DNA of 64,000 nucleotides from Flavobacteriales bacterium (GTDB taxonomy: Bacteria; Bacteroidota; Bacteroidia; Flavobacteriales_F; PHOS-HE28): positions 848 to 64,847 of the forward strand of contig JBATMK010000325.1 in NCBI GenBank assembly GCA_049289815.1. The letters run 5' to 3'. Every line of letters begins with the position of its first letter. Within the stretch, counting starts at the first letter, position 1. This document shows positions 46,501-55,865 of this stretch, one piece after another. The notes beneath the pieces were generated by a model. It had not been told where the DNA came from and searched no databases. It was given only the letters and a program-made list of their open reading frames with translations. The position numbers and the translations under genes were made by a program.

Positions 46501-47871
46501 ATGATCGCCTTCGTCCGCGAATACCTGCAGTTCTTCTTGATCATACTGGTGTGGGTGGTGACAACCATCTACCTGGGTCCGCTGATCTATTTGATCATGC
46601 CGGCCACCTTTTTCATGTTCCGTGCGCAGGGTAAGTACCAAGAGATAGTGATGGGCTTCCTGATCGTGCTGATCATGTCGGACATCGATCCGGATATGAT
46701 CGCAATGGGTCCGGTGAAGGAGGCGAAGAACTTCGTGATGCTCACCCTGGCGATCATCTTCTTCATGGAGCGCCCGAAATTCGAGCCGCTCAGTGGCATC
46801 TTCCCGATCTTCCTTCCGTTCTTCGTCTATTCCATTTTCCCGCTCATCTTCAGTGGCCGGATCGTGGTGGCCTCACAGAAGACGCTGAGCTACGCATTGC
46901 TGTTCCTGTTGGTGCCGAATTGGTTCCTCCTGAACTTCCGGTTGTACAAGTGGGACTTCGTGCGTAACCTCATCTACTTCATCTGCCTGGTTTTGTTGGT
47001 GGCACCGCTGATCGGCCAGATCGAGCGCTGGTACACCATCATCGATGGCCGGTACCGTGGTGTGTTCGGCAACCCCAACGGATTGGGCATTTTCTGCTTC
47101 CTCAGCTTCCTGGTGGTGGCCGTGGCGGAGCACATCAACAAAGAGCTCTTCCCCAGCAGGATCATGCGCTACCTCGTGTACGGCATCATCCTGCTCAACC
47201 TGATCCGGTGCGGGTCGCGCACCGGCCTCACCGCCACCTTGCTGTTCCTGGTCTTCTCCCGGTTCTTCAGCGTTTCCCCCTTCATCGGCTTCATCATCTT
47301 CCTCTTGTTCGTCGCGGGTTTGCACTACCTCACGAGCAACCTGGCCCACATCGTCATCTCGCTCGGGTTGCAGGACTTCATGCGGGTGGATACGCTGGAG
47401 GATGGGAGCGGCCGCTACTTCGCATGGGCCTTCGCCTGGGAGAAGATCCAGGACTATTTCCTGTTGGGCGGTGGTTTCGGTAACGATGAGTATGTGATGC
47501 GGCAGCACTACGTGTATCTGCGTTCGATGGGCCACCACGGCGGGGTGCACAACAGTTACCTCACCATGTGGTTCAATGTGGGCATCATCGGACTGGGTAT
47601 CTATCTGCGCAGCCTGTTCGTCACCTTCGTGAAAGCGAGCAAGCTCACACCCATCGCCTTCGCGGTGCTCTTCGCCATCCTGTTCAGCGCGCTGTATGAA
47701 AGCTGGCTCAACGGCTCGTTGAACCCCTTCACCATCCTGGTGGTGATCGTAATGACCATGATCAGCGAGGAGGAAGTGGCCCACTGGCGTGAATACGAAG
47801 TGGACGCTCTCCAGCAGGATGAAGTTGAAGCCCTTGAGCCAGCACCCGTGTTGATCCTGCCGGCCCGATAG
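46501..47871 (+). CDS. O-antigen ligase / polymerase family membrane protein (Wzy/WaaL-like)
   Basis: 456 aa, about 10-12 TM helices, with a large loop carrying the conserved region RCGSRTGLTATLLFLVFS...LGGGFGNDEY typical of Wzy_C domains. Confidence 0.6.
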   Translation: MIAFVREYLQFFLIILVWVVTTIYLGPLIYLIMPATFFMFRAQGKYQEIVMGFLIVLIMSDIDPDMIAMGPVKEAKNFVMLTLAIIFFMERPKFEPLSGIFPIFLPFFVYSIFPLIFSGRIVVASQKTLSYALLFLLVPNWFLLNFRLYKWDFVRNLIYFICLVLLVAPLIGQIERWYTIIDGRYRGVFGNPNGLGIFCFLSFLVVAVAEHINKELFPSRIMRYLVYGIILLNLIRCGSRTGLTATLLFLVFSRFFSVSPFIGFIIFLLFVAGLHYLTSNLAHIVISLGLQDFMRVDTLEDGSGRYFAWAFAWEKIQDYFLLGGGFGNDEYVMRQHYVYLRSMGHHGGVHNSYLTMWFNVGIIGLGIYLRSLFVTFVKASKLTPIAFAVLFAILFSALYESWLNGSLNPFTILVVIVMTMISEEEVAHWREYEVDALQQDEVEALEPAPVLILPAR

Positions 47872-47958
47872 GCCTCGGGTAACGTAGCGCCCCCGTCGGC
47901 CGGACACTGCACAGGGAGCGGCTGGCTACATTCGCCAGCCTTTCCCCCGGCGGCCGGA

Positions 47959-49383
47959 ATGCTCTTCAACTCGTTCGCGTTCATCGTCTTCCTGCCGCTG
48001 GTCTTTCTCGGTTACTGGTGGTTGTTCGGCCGCTCCTTGCGCGGGCAGAACCTGTTCATCATTGCCGCCAGCTACCTGTTCTACGGGTGGTGGGACTGGC
48101 GCTACCTGATCCTGCTCTTCGTCAGTTCGTTCACCGATTACTGGCTGGGGATCTACATCGACAGCAACGAGGACCAACGCAAACGCAAGCGGGCCCTCAT
48201 CCTGAGCCTGGTGTTCAACCTGGGCATCCTGGGCTTCTTCAAGTACTTCAACTTCTTCATCGACAGTTTCGCCGACCTGCTGCGTTCGGTGGGTTTCCAG
48301 CCCAACATGTGGAGTTTGCGGGTGATCCTTCCGGTGGGCGTGAGCTTCTACACGTTCCAATCGCTCAGCTATACCATCGAGGCGTATAGGCGCAACTTCA
48401 AACCGGCCCGCGACCCGATCGCCTATCTCGCGTTCGTCAGCTTTTTCCCGCACATGGTGGCCGGCCCCATCATGCGGGCGGTCGACCTGTTGCCGCAGTT
48501 CCAGCGCCTGCGCACCTTCGATATGGCGAAGGCCCGCGACGGTGCGCGCCAGATGCTCTGGGGCTTCTTCAAGAAGATCGCCATCGCCGATCCCTGTGCA
48601 TGGATGGTGAACCGCATCTTCGATATGGACCCGGCACAAACGCCCGGCATCACGCTGTTCTTCGGTGCCGTCTTCTTCGCCTTCCAGATCTACGGCGATT
48701 TCAGCGGCTACTCCGATATCGCCATCGGTTGCGCGCGCTTCTTCGGCATCGACCTGATGCGCAACTTCAACTACCCGTATTTCTCGCGCAGCATCGGCGA
48801 GTTCTGGCGCCGCTGGCACATCAGCCTCAGTACGTGGTTCCGCGATTTCCTCTATGTTCCTTTGGGCGGGAGCCGTGTGCCGCGGGGGCGACACATCCTC
48901 AATCTCATGATCACCTTCACCATCAGCGGCCTCTGGCACGGCGCCAACTGGACTTTCGTGACGTGGGGCGCCTTGAACGGCGCGTACTACGTGCCTGAAG
49001 TGCTCTCCGGCACCAAGGAACGCATCGGGCACCCGATGTTGCGCGACCTGCCGCGCATCCTCTTCACGTTCGTACTGGTCACCCTCACTTGGGTGTTCTT
49101 CCGATCGGTTTCGATCCACGATGCCTTCGCTTACCTGCGCTACACGTTCGCGAACATCGGTTCGCATCCTGGCGCTGCTCTGGTGTGGCTGCAAAGCCAA
49201 CAGGCGCTGTTGGTGGGTGTGCTGTTGGTGGTGGAATGGATCCGCCGTCGGCGCCAGCACCCATTGGAGGATATTCACTTCCACGTGGCCGTTCGCTGGA
49301 TGATCTACCTGGTGATCGCCCTCGTGGTGCTCTACAAGCTGAACGTTGATGCCGAGAACGAGTTCATCTATTTCCAGTTCTGA
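47959..49383 (+). CDS. MBOAT family O-acyltransferase (second copy, AlgI/DltB-like)
   Basis: Paralogue of 28166..29599 (MLFNSFAF..., FWRRWHISLSTWFRDFLYVPLGGSR, GLWHGANW). About 50% identical by eye. Confidence 0.85.
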   Translation: MLFNSFAFIVFLPLVFLGYWWLFGRSLRGQNLFIIAASYLFYGWWDWRYLILLFVSSFTDYWLGIYIDSNEDQRKRKRALILSLVFNLGILGFFKYFNFFIDSFADLLRSVGFQPNMWSLRVILPVGVSFYTFQSLSYTIEAYRRNFKPARDPIAYLAFVSFFPHMVAGPIMRAVDLLPQFQRLRTFDMAKARDGARQMLWGFFKKIAIADPCAWMVNRIFDMDPAQTPGITLFFGAVFFAFQIYGDFSGYSDIAIGCARFFGIDLMRNFNYPYFSRSIGEFWRRWHISLSTWFRDFLYVPLGGSRVPRGRHILNLMITFTISGLWHGANWTFVTWGALNGAYYVPEVLSGTKERIGHPMLRDLPRILFTFVLVTLTWVFFRSVSIHDAFAYLRYTFANIGSHPGAALVWLQSQQALLVGVLLVVEWIRRRRQHPLEDIHFHVAVRWMIYLVIALVVLYKLNVDAENEFIYFQF

Positions 49384-49384
49384 A

Positions 49385-50311
49385 ATGCGCAGCGAGGTCA
49401 ATGCCTTCCTGGTCCGCTTGCTGCTCTTCGGATCGGTGCTCGGCTCCGTGCTTGCGGTGGTGGCTGTCACCGGTCCGTTGCTCGGCTATATAGATTACAT
49501 GGGGGCTATACGCAGCAAGCACCAGCGGCTGGCATCCACGCCTTCGCCACGGCTGGTGATCATCGGTGGTTCCAACGCAGCGTTCGGCATCAACAGCACG
49601 GAACTGGAACAGGCCGTGGGCATGCCGGTGGTGAACATGGCCCTGCACGGGAGTCTGGGCTACCGCTTCATGGTGAACGAAGTGATCGACGATCTGCGCG
49701 AAGGGGACGTGCTGCTGGTGGTACCCGAGCATTCTCAGTTCCAAACGCCGGAAAAAACACAGGATGTACTGTACAGCGCCTTGGAGCTGTACCCGCCAGC
49801 TTGGCGCTACGTTCCGGTCGCTTCCTGCGTGCAGGTGGCGTTGACCTATTCCGTCAAGAAGCTCCAGGCCGCCGTTGATGTCGTGGTCGATCCGGACATT
49901 CCCAAACCCGAACCCGTATACCGTGCCGATGGGTTCGATGAGCGCGGCGACCTGCTGTTGCATTTGAACAGGGTGAGCTTCGGGACGAAGTATGCCAAGC
50001 CGATGGAAGTGGATCGCATTGATGTGCCCTGGCTTTTCTGGGCCATAACCGATCGACTGACGAACAGGGCGGATAGGCAGCACTTCAAGGTGCTCTTCGC
50101 CTGGCCCAGCCAGGCACGCTCAACGGCCAAGGCGAGCATTGATGCCGGTCTGGTGGAAGACCTCAAGGCCCACGACATTGCCATTGTAGGGCAGCCCGAA
50201 GAGCATGTCTATGACGATTCGCTCTTCTACGATACCAAGTACCACTTGGGCGGCGTAGGCCGCGAGTTGCGGACACAACGGTTGATCACGGATCTGAAGG
50301 GCGCCCTCTGA
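49385..50311 (+). CDS. MBOAT partner protein (second copy, AlgJ/DltD-like)
   Basis: N-terminal TM, then RLVIIGGSNAAFGINS (SGNH-like block I). Same gene-pair layout as 28166..30548. Confidence 0.5.
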   Translation: MRSEVNAFLVRLLLFGSVLGSVLAVVAVTGPLLGYIDYMGAIRSKHQRLASTPSPRLVIIGGSNAAFGINSTELEQAVGMPVVNMALHGSLGYRFMVNEVIDDLREGDVLLVVPEHSQFQTPEKTQDVLYSALELYPPAWRYVPVASCVQVALTYSVKKLQAAVDVVVDPDIPKPEPVYRADGFDERGDLLLHLNRVSFGTKYAKPMEVDRIDVPWLFWAITDRLTNRADRQHFKVLFAWPSQARSTAKASIDAGLVEDLKAHDIAIVGQPEEHVYDDSLFYDTKYHLGGVGRELRTQRLITDLKGAL

Positions 50312-50354
50312 AATACATGTACTGCCAACGGAGGAAATACTTTCACCGCACCGG

Positions 50355-52859
50355 ATGAAGAAGCGTTGGAAGATCCTGCTGGCCGTGGTGCTGCTCGTGG
50401 GTGCTGGTGCCTGGTACGGGAACCGCAAGCTGAAGGCCGTAGGGCATCCGGGCCTCGGCACCTTCATCGGTCAGTGGTGGAACAATTGGCCGAAGAGTTT
50501 CGCCATGGATCCGCCGGTGATCGAGCTGCAGGTGAACGACGAGGGCATGGCGCAGTTGGAAGCCGTGGTCGATTCAGCGCGTCGGCGCGGTGTGATCATG
50601 CCCGAAGGCAACGGCTACGTGAAGGCGAAGTTCACCGTGGATGGTGTGGAGGCCAAGTGCAAGCTGCGGATCAAGGGTAAGCTCAGCGACCATGTGCAGG
50701 GTGCGAAGTGGAGTTTCAGGGTGATCGCGAAAGGCGGTGGCGGATTCCTCGGCATGAAGCGGTTCAGCCTGCAGCATCCGGGCACGCGCAATTATCTGTG
50801 CGATTGGTTCTATCACCAGCTCAGCAAGGGTGAAGGCATCGTGGCGTTGCGCTACGGCTTTTGCAAAGTCTCACTGAACGGCGATGACCTCGGCGTATAT
50901 GCCTACGAGGAACACTTCGGTCCCGAGCTGTTGGAGAACAACGGCCGGCTCAAGGGACCGCTGGTGCGTTTCGATCCGGGGCTCTATTGGGTGCACAGGC
51001 TCAACGGCATGGAGGGCCGCGACTTCGAGGAAGCCTATGCCGACTACCAGGCTGCCGCGCTCGATGCCTTCGACAGCGAGGAACTGGTGAACGATCCCCA
51101 ACAAATGCGCTACTTCCAGCAGGCGCTTGCCCTCGTGAACGGTTTCCGTCGAGGAGAATTGACCGCTGCGCAGGTCTTCGATCTCCGGAAGATGGCCAAG
51201 CGCCATGCGATCATCGATCTGGTGGGTGGCCACCACAGCATGGATTGGAGCGACGTGAAGTTCTACTTCGATCCTGTGGCGCAACGCTTGGAGCCGGTGA
51301 GCTACGAGAGCTTCAGCGCCTTCCCCACAACGAAACTCGCGGGAGCAGGAAAGTTCTCTGGGAATGACAATGCTGGCGCCGAACTGCACGATGCGCTGTT
51401 CAACGATGCCGGCTTCTTTGCGGCCTATGTGCACGAATTGGAGCATGTGAGCCGCAAGGCCTACCTCGACAGCACGTTCATGGCGATCGCCGGTGCGCTC
51501 GATACCGCGAGCGCCACACTCTATGGTGAGTTCCCTTACAAGGAGCTCGACCGGTCGATCTACTACAGGAACCAGGACATCATACGGCGCTCATTGGATG
51601 TGCCCAAGGCGGCGCACGTGTACTTGCAGGGGCATCTGGGCGATCACACCGTGTTGAAGTTGGTGCCGCTCAACAGCCTGCCTGTGGAAGTGGACGCGCT
51701 GAAGCTTGGCGACGGAAGTCTGGTGGAACCGTTACAGCGCACCATCGTACCCGCTCGTCGTGCAGGTGGTTTGGGAACACCGGTCCTCGCGGAATTCCTG
51801 ATGGCCAAGCCGCTCGATACGCTCTCGGCAAAGATCTCGTTGTTGTGCCGGGTGCTCGGTTCTTCCAAGGTGTTGGAGACGGGGATCTTCCCTGAAGCCT
51901 TGCAGGAACCAGGGGCCATGGATGCCCTGCTTGCGTTCGAAGAACCGAACGTTGCGCACTTCAACTTCCTCGTTGTTGACGATAGTGCACGCACGATCCA
52001 CTTCAGGTCGGGCAAATGGAATCTCGCGGAGACCTTGGTGATCCCCGCGGGTTACATGGTGCATGGGTCGGCCCCGCTCGAAGTCGACCTGTCGAACGGC
52101 GCAGCTATCATCAGCTATTCGCCGCTCGCATTGACCGGAAATGAGGAGTCCCACATCCGTGTGTTCAGCAGCGACAGTTCGTCGCATGGTGTGCATGTTA
52201 TCGAAGCGCCGGCCCGCAGCAGCCTTGCCTTCGTGGACTTCGTTCACCTTGGCCGGTTCGCCGAGGATCAGGTTGTGAGCGGGGATGTGTCCTTCCACAA
52301 GACCACGGTGGAGATAACACAATGTTCCTTCTCCGGCAGGGCGAACACCTTGCTCGATGTCTCGGTGGGAAGCGCTTCCCTTGTCGGATGCTCCTTCACC
52401 GGAGGCAGCGATCAACTGGAATTGCATCATGTGCGTGGGAAGCTCCGTTCGGCGCGCTTCAATGGCGCGGCCGACGATGCCTTGAGTGTCGAAGGCGGAG
52501 TTTTGGAGTTGCGCGATGTGGACGTTGCAGACGCAGTGGGGATCGCAGTGAAGGCCACGGCGGGGGCTGATGTCACAGGAACGGACATCCATGTCGTGGG
52601 CGTGGGCCAAGGTGTCGAAGCAAGGACCGGAAGCACAGTGAAGCTTACTGGCGGCAACATGGAGGCGGAACACGTCGGTGCCGAGACCGGCAAGGCCAGC
52701 ATGCGCGATGGTGCTGCACGCGTGGTCCTGGAGAAGGTGACATTGCGGGTGAAAGAGAAGGCCACCCTATGTGGCGAGGGCAGCAGCTTGGTGATCGATG
52801 GAAAGGAGATGTGTGCGCCTGTTGCGAAAAAGTCAGAACCACAAGCTGGGAACGAATGA
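50355..52859 (+). CDS. CotH-family kinase-fold protein with a C-terminal right-handed beta-helix (pectate-lyase-like) repeat domain
   Basis: N-terminal TM/signal, then CotH blocks (KLRIKGKLSDHVQGAKWSFRV; YLCDWFYHQLSKGEGIVALRYGFCKVSLNGDDLGVYAYEEHF; GGHHSMDWSDVKFYFDPV). The C-terminal roughly 250 aa consists of parallel beta-helix repeats (...VSVGSASLVGCSFTGGSDQLELHHVRG...). Confidence 0.6.
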   Translation: MKKRWKILLAVVLLVGAGAWYGNRKLKAVGHPGLGTFIGQWWNNWPKSFAMDPPVIELQVNDEGMAQLEAVVDSARRRGVIMPEGNGYVKAKFTVDGVEAKCKLRIKGKLSDHVQGAKWSFRVIAKGGGGFLGMKRFSLQHPGTRNYLCDWFYHQLSKGEGIVALRYGFCKVSLNGDDLGVYAYEEHFGPELLENNGRLKGPLVRFDPGLYWVHRLNGMEGRDFEEAYADYQAAALDAFDSEELVNDPQQMRYFQQALALVNGFRRGELTAAQVFDLRKMAKRHAIIDLVGGHHSMDWSDVKFYFDPVAQRLEPVSYESFSAFPTTKLAGAGKFSGNDNAGAELHDALFNDAGFFAAYVHELEHVSRKAYLDSTFMAIAGALDTASATLYGEFPYKELDRSIYYRNQDIIRRSLDVPKAAHVYLQGHLGDHTVLKLVPLNSLPVEVDALKLGDGSLVEPLQRTIVPARRAGGLGTPVLAEFLMAKPLDTLSAKISLLCRVLGSSKVLETGIFPEALQEPGAMDALLAFEEPNVAHFNFLVVDDSARTIHFRSGKWNLAETLVIPAGYMVHGSAPLEVDLSNGAAIISYSPLALTGNEESHIRVFSSDSSSHGVHVIEAPARSSLAFVDFVHLGRFAEDQVVSGDVSFHKTTVEITQCSFSGRANTLLDVSVGSASLVGCSFTGGSDQLELHHVRGKLRSARFNGAADDALSVEGGVLELRDVDVADAVGIAVKATAGADVTGTDIHVVGVGQGVEARTGSTVKLTGGNMEAEHVGAETGKASMRDGAARVVLEKVTLRVKEKATLCGEGSSLVIDGKEMCAPVAKKSEPQAGNE

Positions 52860-53896
52860 CGAAGCGCGGCCCGGTCCTACTGCTGATGTTGATGGCCGTT
52901 GTAATGCATGGTGCTGAACCCGTCAGTCCCATCACGAAGCAACCCGTCGTCATCCCCGACAGCCTGCTCACGTACAAGTTCTTGGTAAGCGGTCATTGGT
53001 ATGGTGCGAGCACCAGCCGCAGTGGCTTTCCCGCCAGCACCGTGCTGGGCAACGTGGAGAAGTTCAACGCCACAGGTGCATCCTTCTTCCTTCTCACAGG
53101 CGACATCTTCCAGAACGCGAAAAGCGATCAGGCGCGGTACACATCTGCGCTTTACGACCGACTGCATATCCCGCTCTTCAACGCCGTAGGCAACCACGAC
53201 CTTGACGGTGGATACTACACGGGCCTGTTCGGCAGCACAAGTATGCAAATGGAGTTCTACGGCGACCGGTACATCATCCTGGATACCGAGCGCGACGACA
53301 GCAGCATCAAAGGAGATCAGCTGGCCATGTTGGAGACGGCTGCTGCGGACGCGGAGGCCGGCAAGTTGCGCTACATCTTCATCACGAGCCACCGGCCGAT
53401 CTGGGCGGAAGCGGGGAACTACGCCGACCTGTTCCCGAACAACACGCGATCGGTCGCGGGTTGCAACTACGATAGCGAGGTGCTGCCACTGATCCGACGG
53501 ATGATGAAGCATGCCGAAGTGTTCTGGGTGGCTGGCAGCATGGGAGGGACAGCGGTTTCCAGCATCCTGTTCGAAACGCCCGAACCGAAGTTGCACTACG
53601 TCATGAGCTCCATCCGCGACGAAGCGCGCGATGCGGTACTGCTGGCGGAAGTCGGCCCCGACAGTGTGCGGTGGGAAGCGATCGGCCTCACAGGCAAATG
53701 GGTGGGGCCGGTGCACGAATACAATGCGGCGTGGTGGCGCGCGAATGCTGGCCGGCCGACTGGTTTTGAATGGAAGTTGTTGCCGTACTACTTCAAGAGC
53801 ACCGTATTGCATCGCGCTTTCTGGATCGGCGCCGGATCGACCCTCTTTCTGGTGATGTTGGTGCGCGCTCTCCTCCGCAGGCGGCGTGCCGGTTAG
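52856..53896 (+). CDS. Calcineurin-like metallophosphoesterase
   Basis: Signal peptide. Metal-binding blocks FFLLTGDIFQN (GD) and FNAVGNHDLDG (GNHD). ATGA overlap with the CotH gene. C-terminal TM. Confidence 0.6.
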   Translation: MTKRGPVLLLMLMAVVMHGAEPVSPITKQPVVIPDSLLTYKFLVSGHWYGASTSRSGFPASTVLGNVEKFNATGASFFLLTGDIFQNAKSDQARYTSALYDRLHIPLFNAVGNHDLDGGYYTGLFGSTSMQMEFYGDRYIILDTERDDSSIKGDQLAMLETAAADAEAGKLRYIFITSHRPIWAEAGNYADLFPNNTRSVAGCNYDSEVLPLIRRMMKHAEVFWVAGSMGGTAVSSILFETPEPKLHYVMSSIRDEARDAVLLAEVGPDSVRWEAIGLTGKWVGPVHEYNAAWWRANAGRPTGFEWKLLPYYFKSTVLHRAFWIGAGSTLFLVMLVRALLRRRRAG

Positions 53897-53920
53897 ATTC
53901 GCAGCCTTCAACAACCACGC

Positions 53921-54856
53921 ATGGCGAGGATACTGGTAACGGGAGGCGCGGGCTTCGTGGCGAGCCACTTGGCCGAGAAATTGGCCATGGACACCGCCAA
54001 CGAGGTGACCATTGTGGACAACCTCCTCACGGGCGATATGGCCAAGCTGCCGGTGCACCTGCCCAATGTGCGGTTCATCAAGTGCGATGCGAACCGCTTC
54101 GAGGACATCAGCGCGGTGTTCTATGCGCACCGTTTCGAGTACGTGTTCCATTACGCCGCCGTGGTAGGGGTGAAGCGCACGACCGACAACCCTGTGATGG
54201 TGCTGCGCGACATCGATGGCATCCGCAACGTGCTCGACCTGTCGAAGAACACCGGTGTGAAGCGCGTGTTCTTCAGCAGCAGCAGTGAGGTGTACGGCGA
54301 GCCGGTGGAAATACCGCAGAACGAGAAGACCACCCCGCTCAACAGCAAGCTGCCGTACGCCATCGTGAAGAACATCGGAGAGGCGTTCCTGCGGAGCTAC
54401 CAAAAGGAATACGGCCTGGAGTACACGGTCTTCCGCTTCTTCAACACCTACGGTCCCAAGCAGAGCCGCGATTTCGTGGTGAGCAAGTTCATGCGAGCGG
54501 CGATCAAGGGCGAGGACATCACCGTTTACGGCGATGGCAGCCAGACGCGGACCTTCTGTTGGGTCGACGACAACATCGACGCATGCGTGAACGCGTTCCA
54601 GCGCAACGCCGTCCTCAACGATGTGGTGAACATCGGGAGCGACAAGGAGATCACGGTGCTCGAACTGGCCAAGCTGGTCATCGAGCTTACGGGTTCCAAG
54701 AGCAGGATCGTTCACCTACCTCCACTGGAAGAAGGCGATATGACACGGCGCATGCCCGACATCTCCCTTATGCGCCAACTGCTGGGCCGCGAGCCCTTGC
54801 CGCTGCGCGATGGGTTGATGCGCATCCTGAAGGACCCGCGGTTCATCTTGAATTGA
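53921..54856 (+). CDS. NAD-dependent epimerase/dehydratase (UDP-glucuronate decarboxylase / UXS-like)
   Basis: GGAGFVASHL, DNLLTG, catalytic YAIVKNIGE (YxxxK), FRFFNTYGPKQ (UXS-type NTYGP signature). Confidence 0.7.
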   Translation: MARILVTGGAGFVASHLAEKLAMDTANEVTIVDNLLTGDMAKLPVHLPNVRFIKCDANRFEDISAVFYAHRFEYVFHYAAVVGVKRTTDNPVMVLRDIDGIRNVLDLSKNTGVKRVFFSSSSEVYGEPVEIPQNEKTTPLNSKLPYAIVKNIGEAFLRSYQKEYGLEYTVFRFFNTYGPKQSRDFVVSKFMRAAIKGEDITVYGDGSQTRTFCWVDDNIDACVNAFQRNAVLNDVVNIGSDKEITVLELAKLVIELTGSKSRIVHLPPLEEGDMTRRMPDISLMRQLLGREPLPLRDGLMRILKDPRFILN

Positions 54857-54879
54857 GCGGCACCTACCGCTTCGGGACT

Positions 54880-55707
54880 TCAGCGAACGACCATCAACCG
54901 CTGCGCGCCGATCGGCTGTCCGGCAACATGGAGCTGATAGAGATACGTTCCTGCCGCCAGCTCCTCGGTGCTTATCCGTGCTTGACCGGAGTGTTCAACA
55001 CCAATCCGAAAGACCTGCTGGCCGCGGTTGTTGAAGAAGAGGATATCACCGGAGTTGGAACCAGCGGGCAGCTCGTACTGGATCACAGTGCTATTGTCCG
55101 AAGGGTTCGGATACGCCTGCATGCTCCATCCTCCGGGTTGGGCGAAATGATCACCTCCGCCCGTGATCAGTGAGCCTGAACAGTCGTCACAGGGTAGATG
55201 GCCGGGAAGCTGGTAGATGGTGCTCTGCGAAGCATTGGTGGTGATCATATATGTTCCCGAATCCGTGGTGAAGATGGGCTCGTTGATACTGCCTATTCCC
55301 AACCCCACTCCAAGGGCGCCACCCAAGACCGTGAGCAAGGCTGAACCGGTCTCATCGATGACCTGCAAAGCGTATTGTGTTGGAGGGCCCGGGTTGGTGT
55401 CCACGAGGTTCGCAATGAATTCGATCGTGCTTGGATCGGTATCGAAGAGAGCTTCGGTGATGTACTGGAAGTAATTGGAAAATTCGAAGCCGGGCAATGG
55501 TGTCAAGGGGATGGACCGGAACAGCGTGAGGTCGGGGTCGTAGATGTTGAGCGCGGTCGGGGTCTGCTCAACGAACTTGACGCCGTTGGTTTCCAATGCG
55601 ACCGCAGCGTAATACGTGTTCGGTGCTTGACCCAGAACCGTGATCTGGGCATTGAGCACGGAGGCACAGGAACAGAACAGGACGAGGCATGCAATGCGAG
55701 GGTTCAT
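54880..55707 (-). CDS. T9SS type-A C-terminal sorting domain secreted protein
   Basis: Signal peptide MNPRIACLVLFCSCASVLNAQ. C-terminal Por-secretion tail (..NSTVIQYELPAGSNSGDILFFNNRGQQVF...GTYLYQLHVAGQPIGAQRLMVVR). Confidence 0.6.
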   Translation of the reverse strand: MNPRIACLVLFCSCASVLNAQITVLGQAPNTYYAAVALETNGVKFVEQTPTALNIYDPDLTLFRSIPLTPLPGFEFSNYFQYITEALFDTDPSTIEFIANLVDTNPGPPTQYALQVIDETGSALLTVLGGALGVGLGIGSINEPIFTTDSGTYMITTNASQSTIYQLPGHLPCDDCSGSLITGGGDHFAQPGGWSMQAYPNPSDNSTVIQYELPAGSNSGDILFFNNRGQQVFRIGVEHSGQARISTEELAAGTYLYQLHVAGQPIGAQRLMVVR

Positions 55708-55827
55708 GGCGGTGTGGTTTATTCAGCGGTTGTTGAAGGTAGCCTGCAACCCGGTGATGACATCGTGCAGTGCCCGAACGCTGTCCGCGGTCTGGAAGAA
55801 TGAACAACCAGCACCAAACTCAATGAA

Positions 55828-55849
55828 GAAGGGGGCCGCAGCCCCCTTC
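55828..55849. terminator. 9-bp GC-rich hairpin GAAGGGGGC-cgca-GCCCCCTTC (terminator-like)
   Basis: Perfect stem, 4-nt loop, flanked by T-rich sequence on both strands. It lies between two minus-strand genes, downstream of the OMP gene stop. Confidence 0.45.
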
Positions 55850-55865
55850 CATTCGTTCTTCTGAA

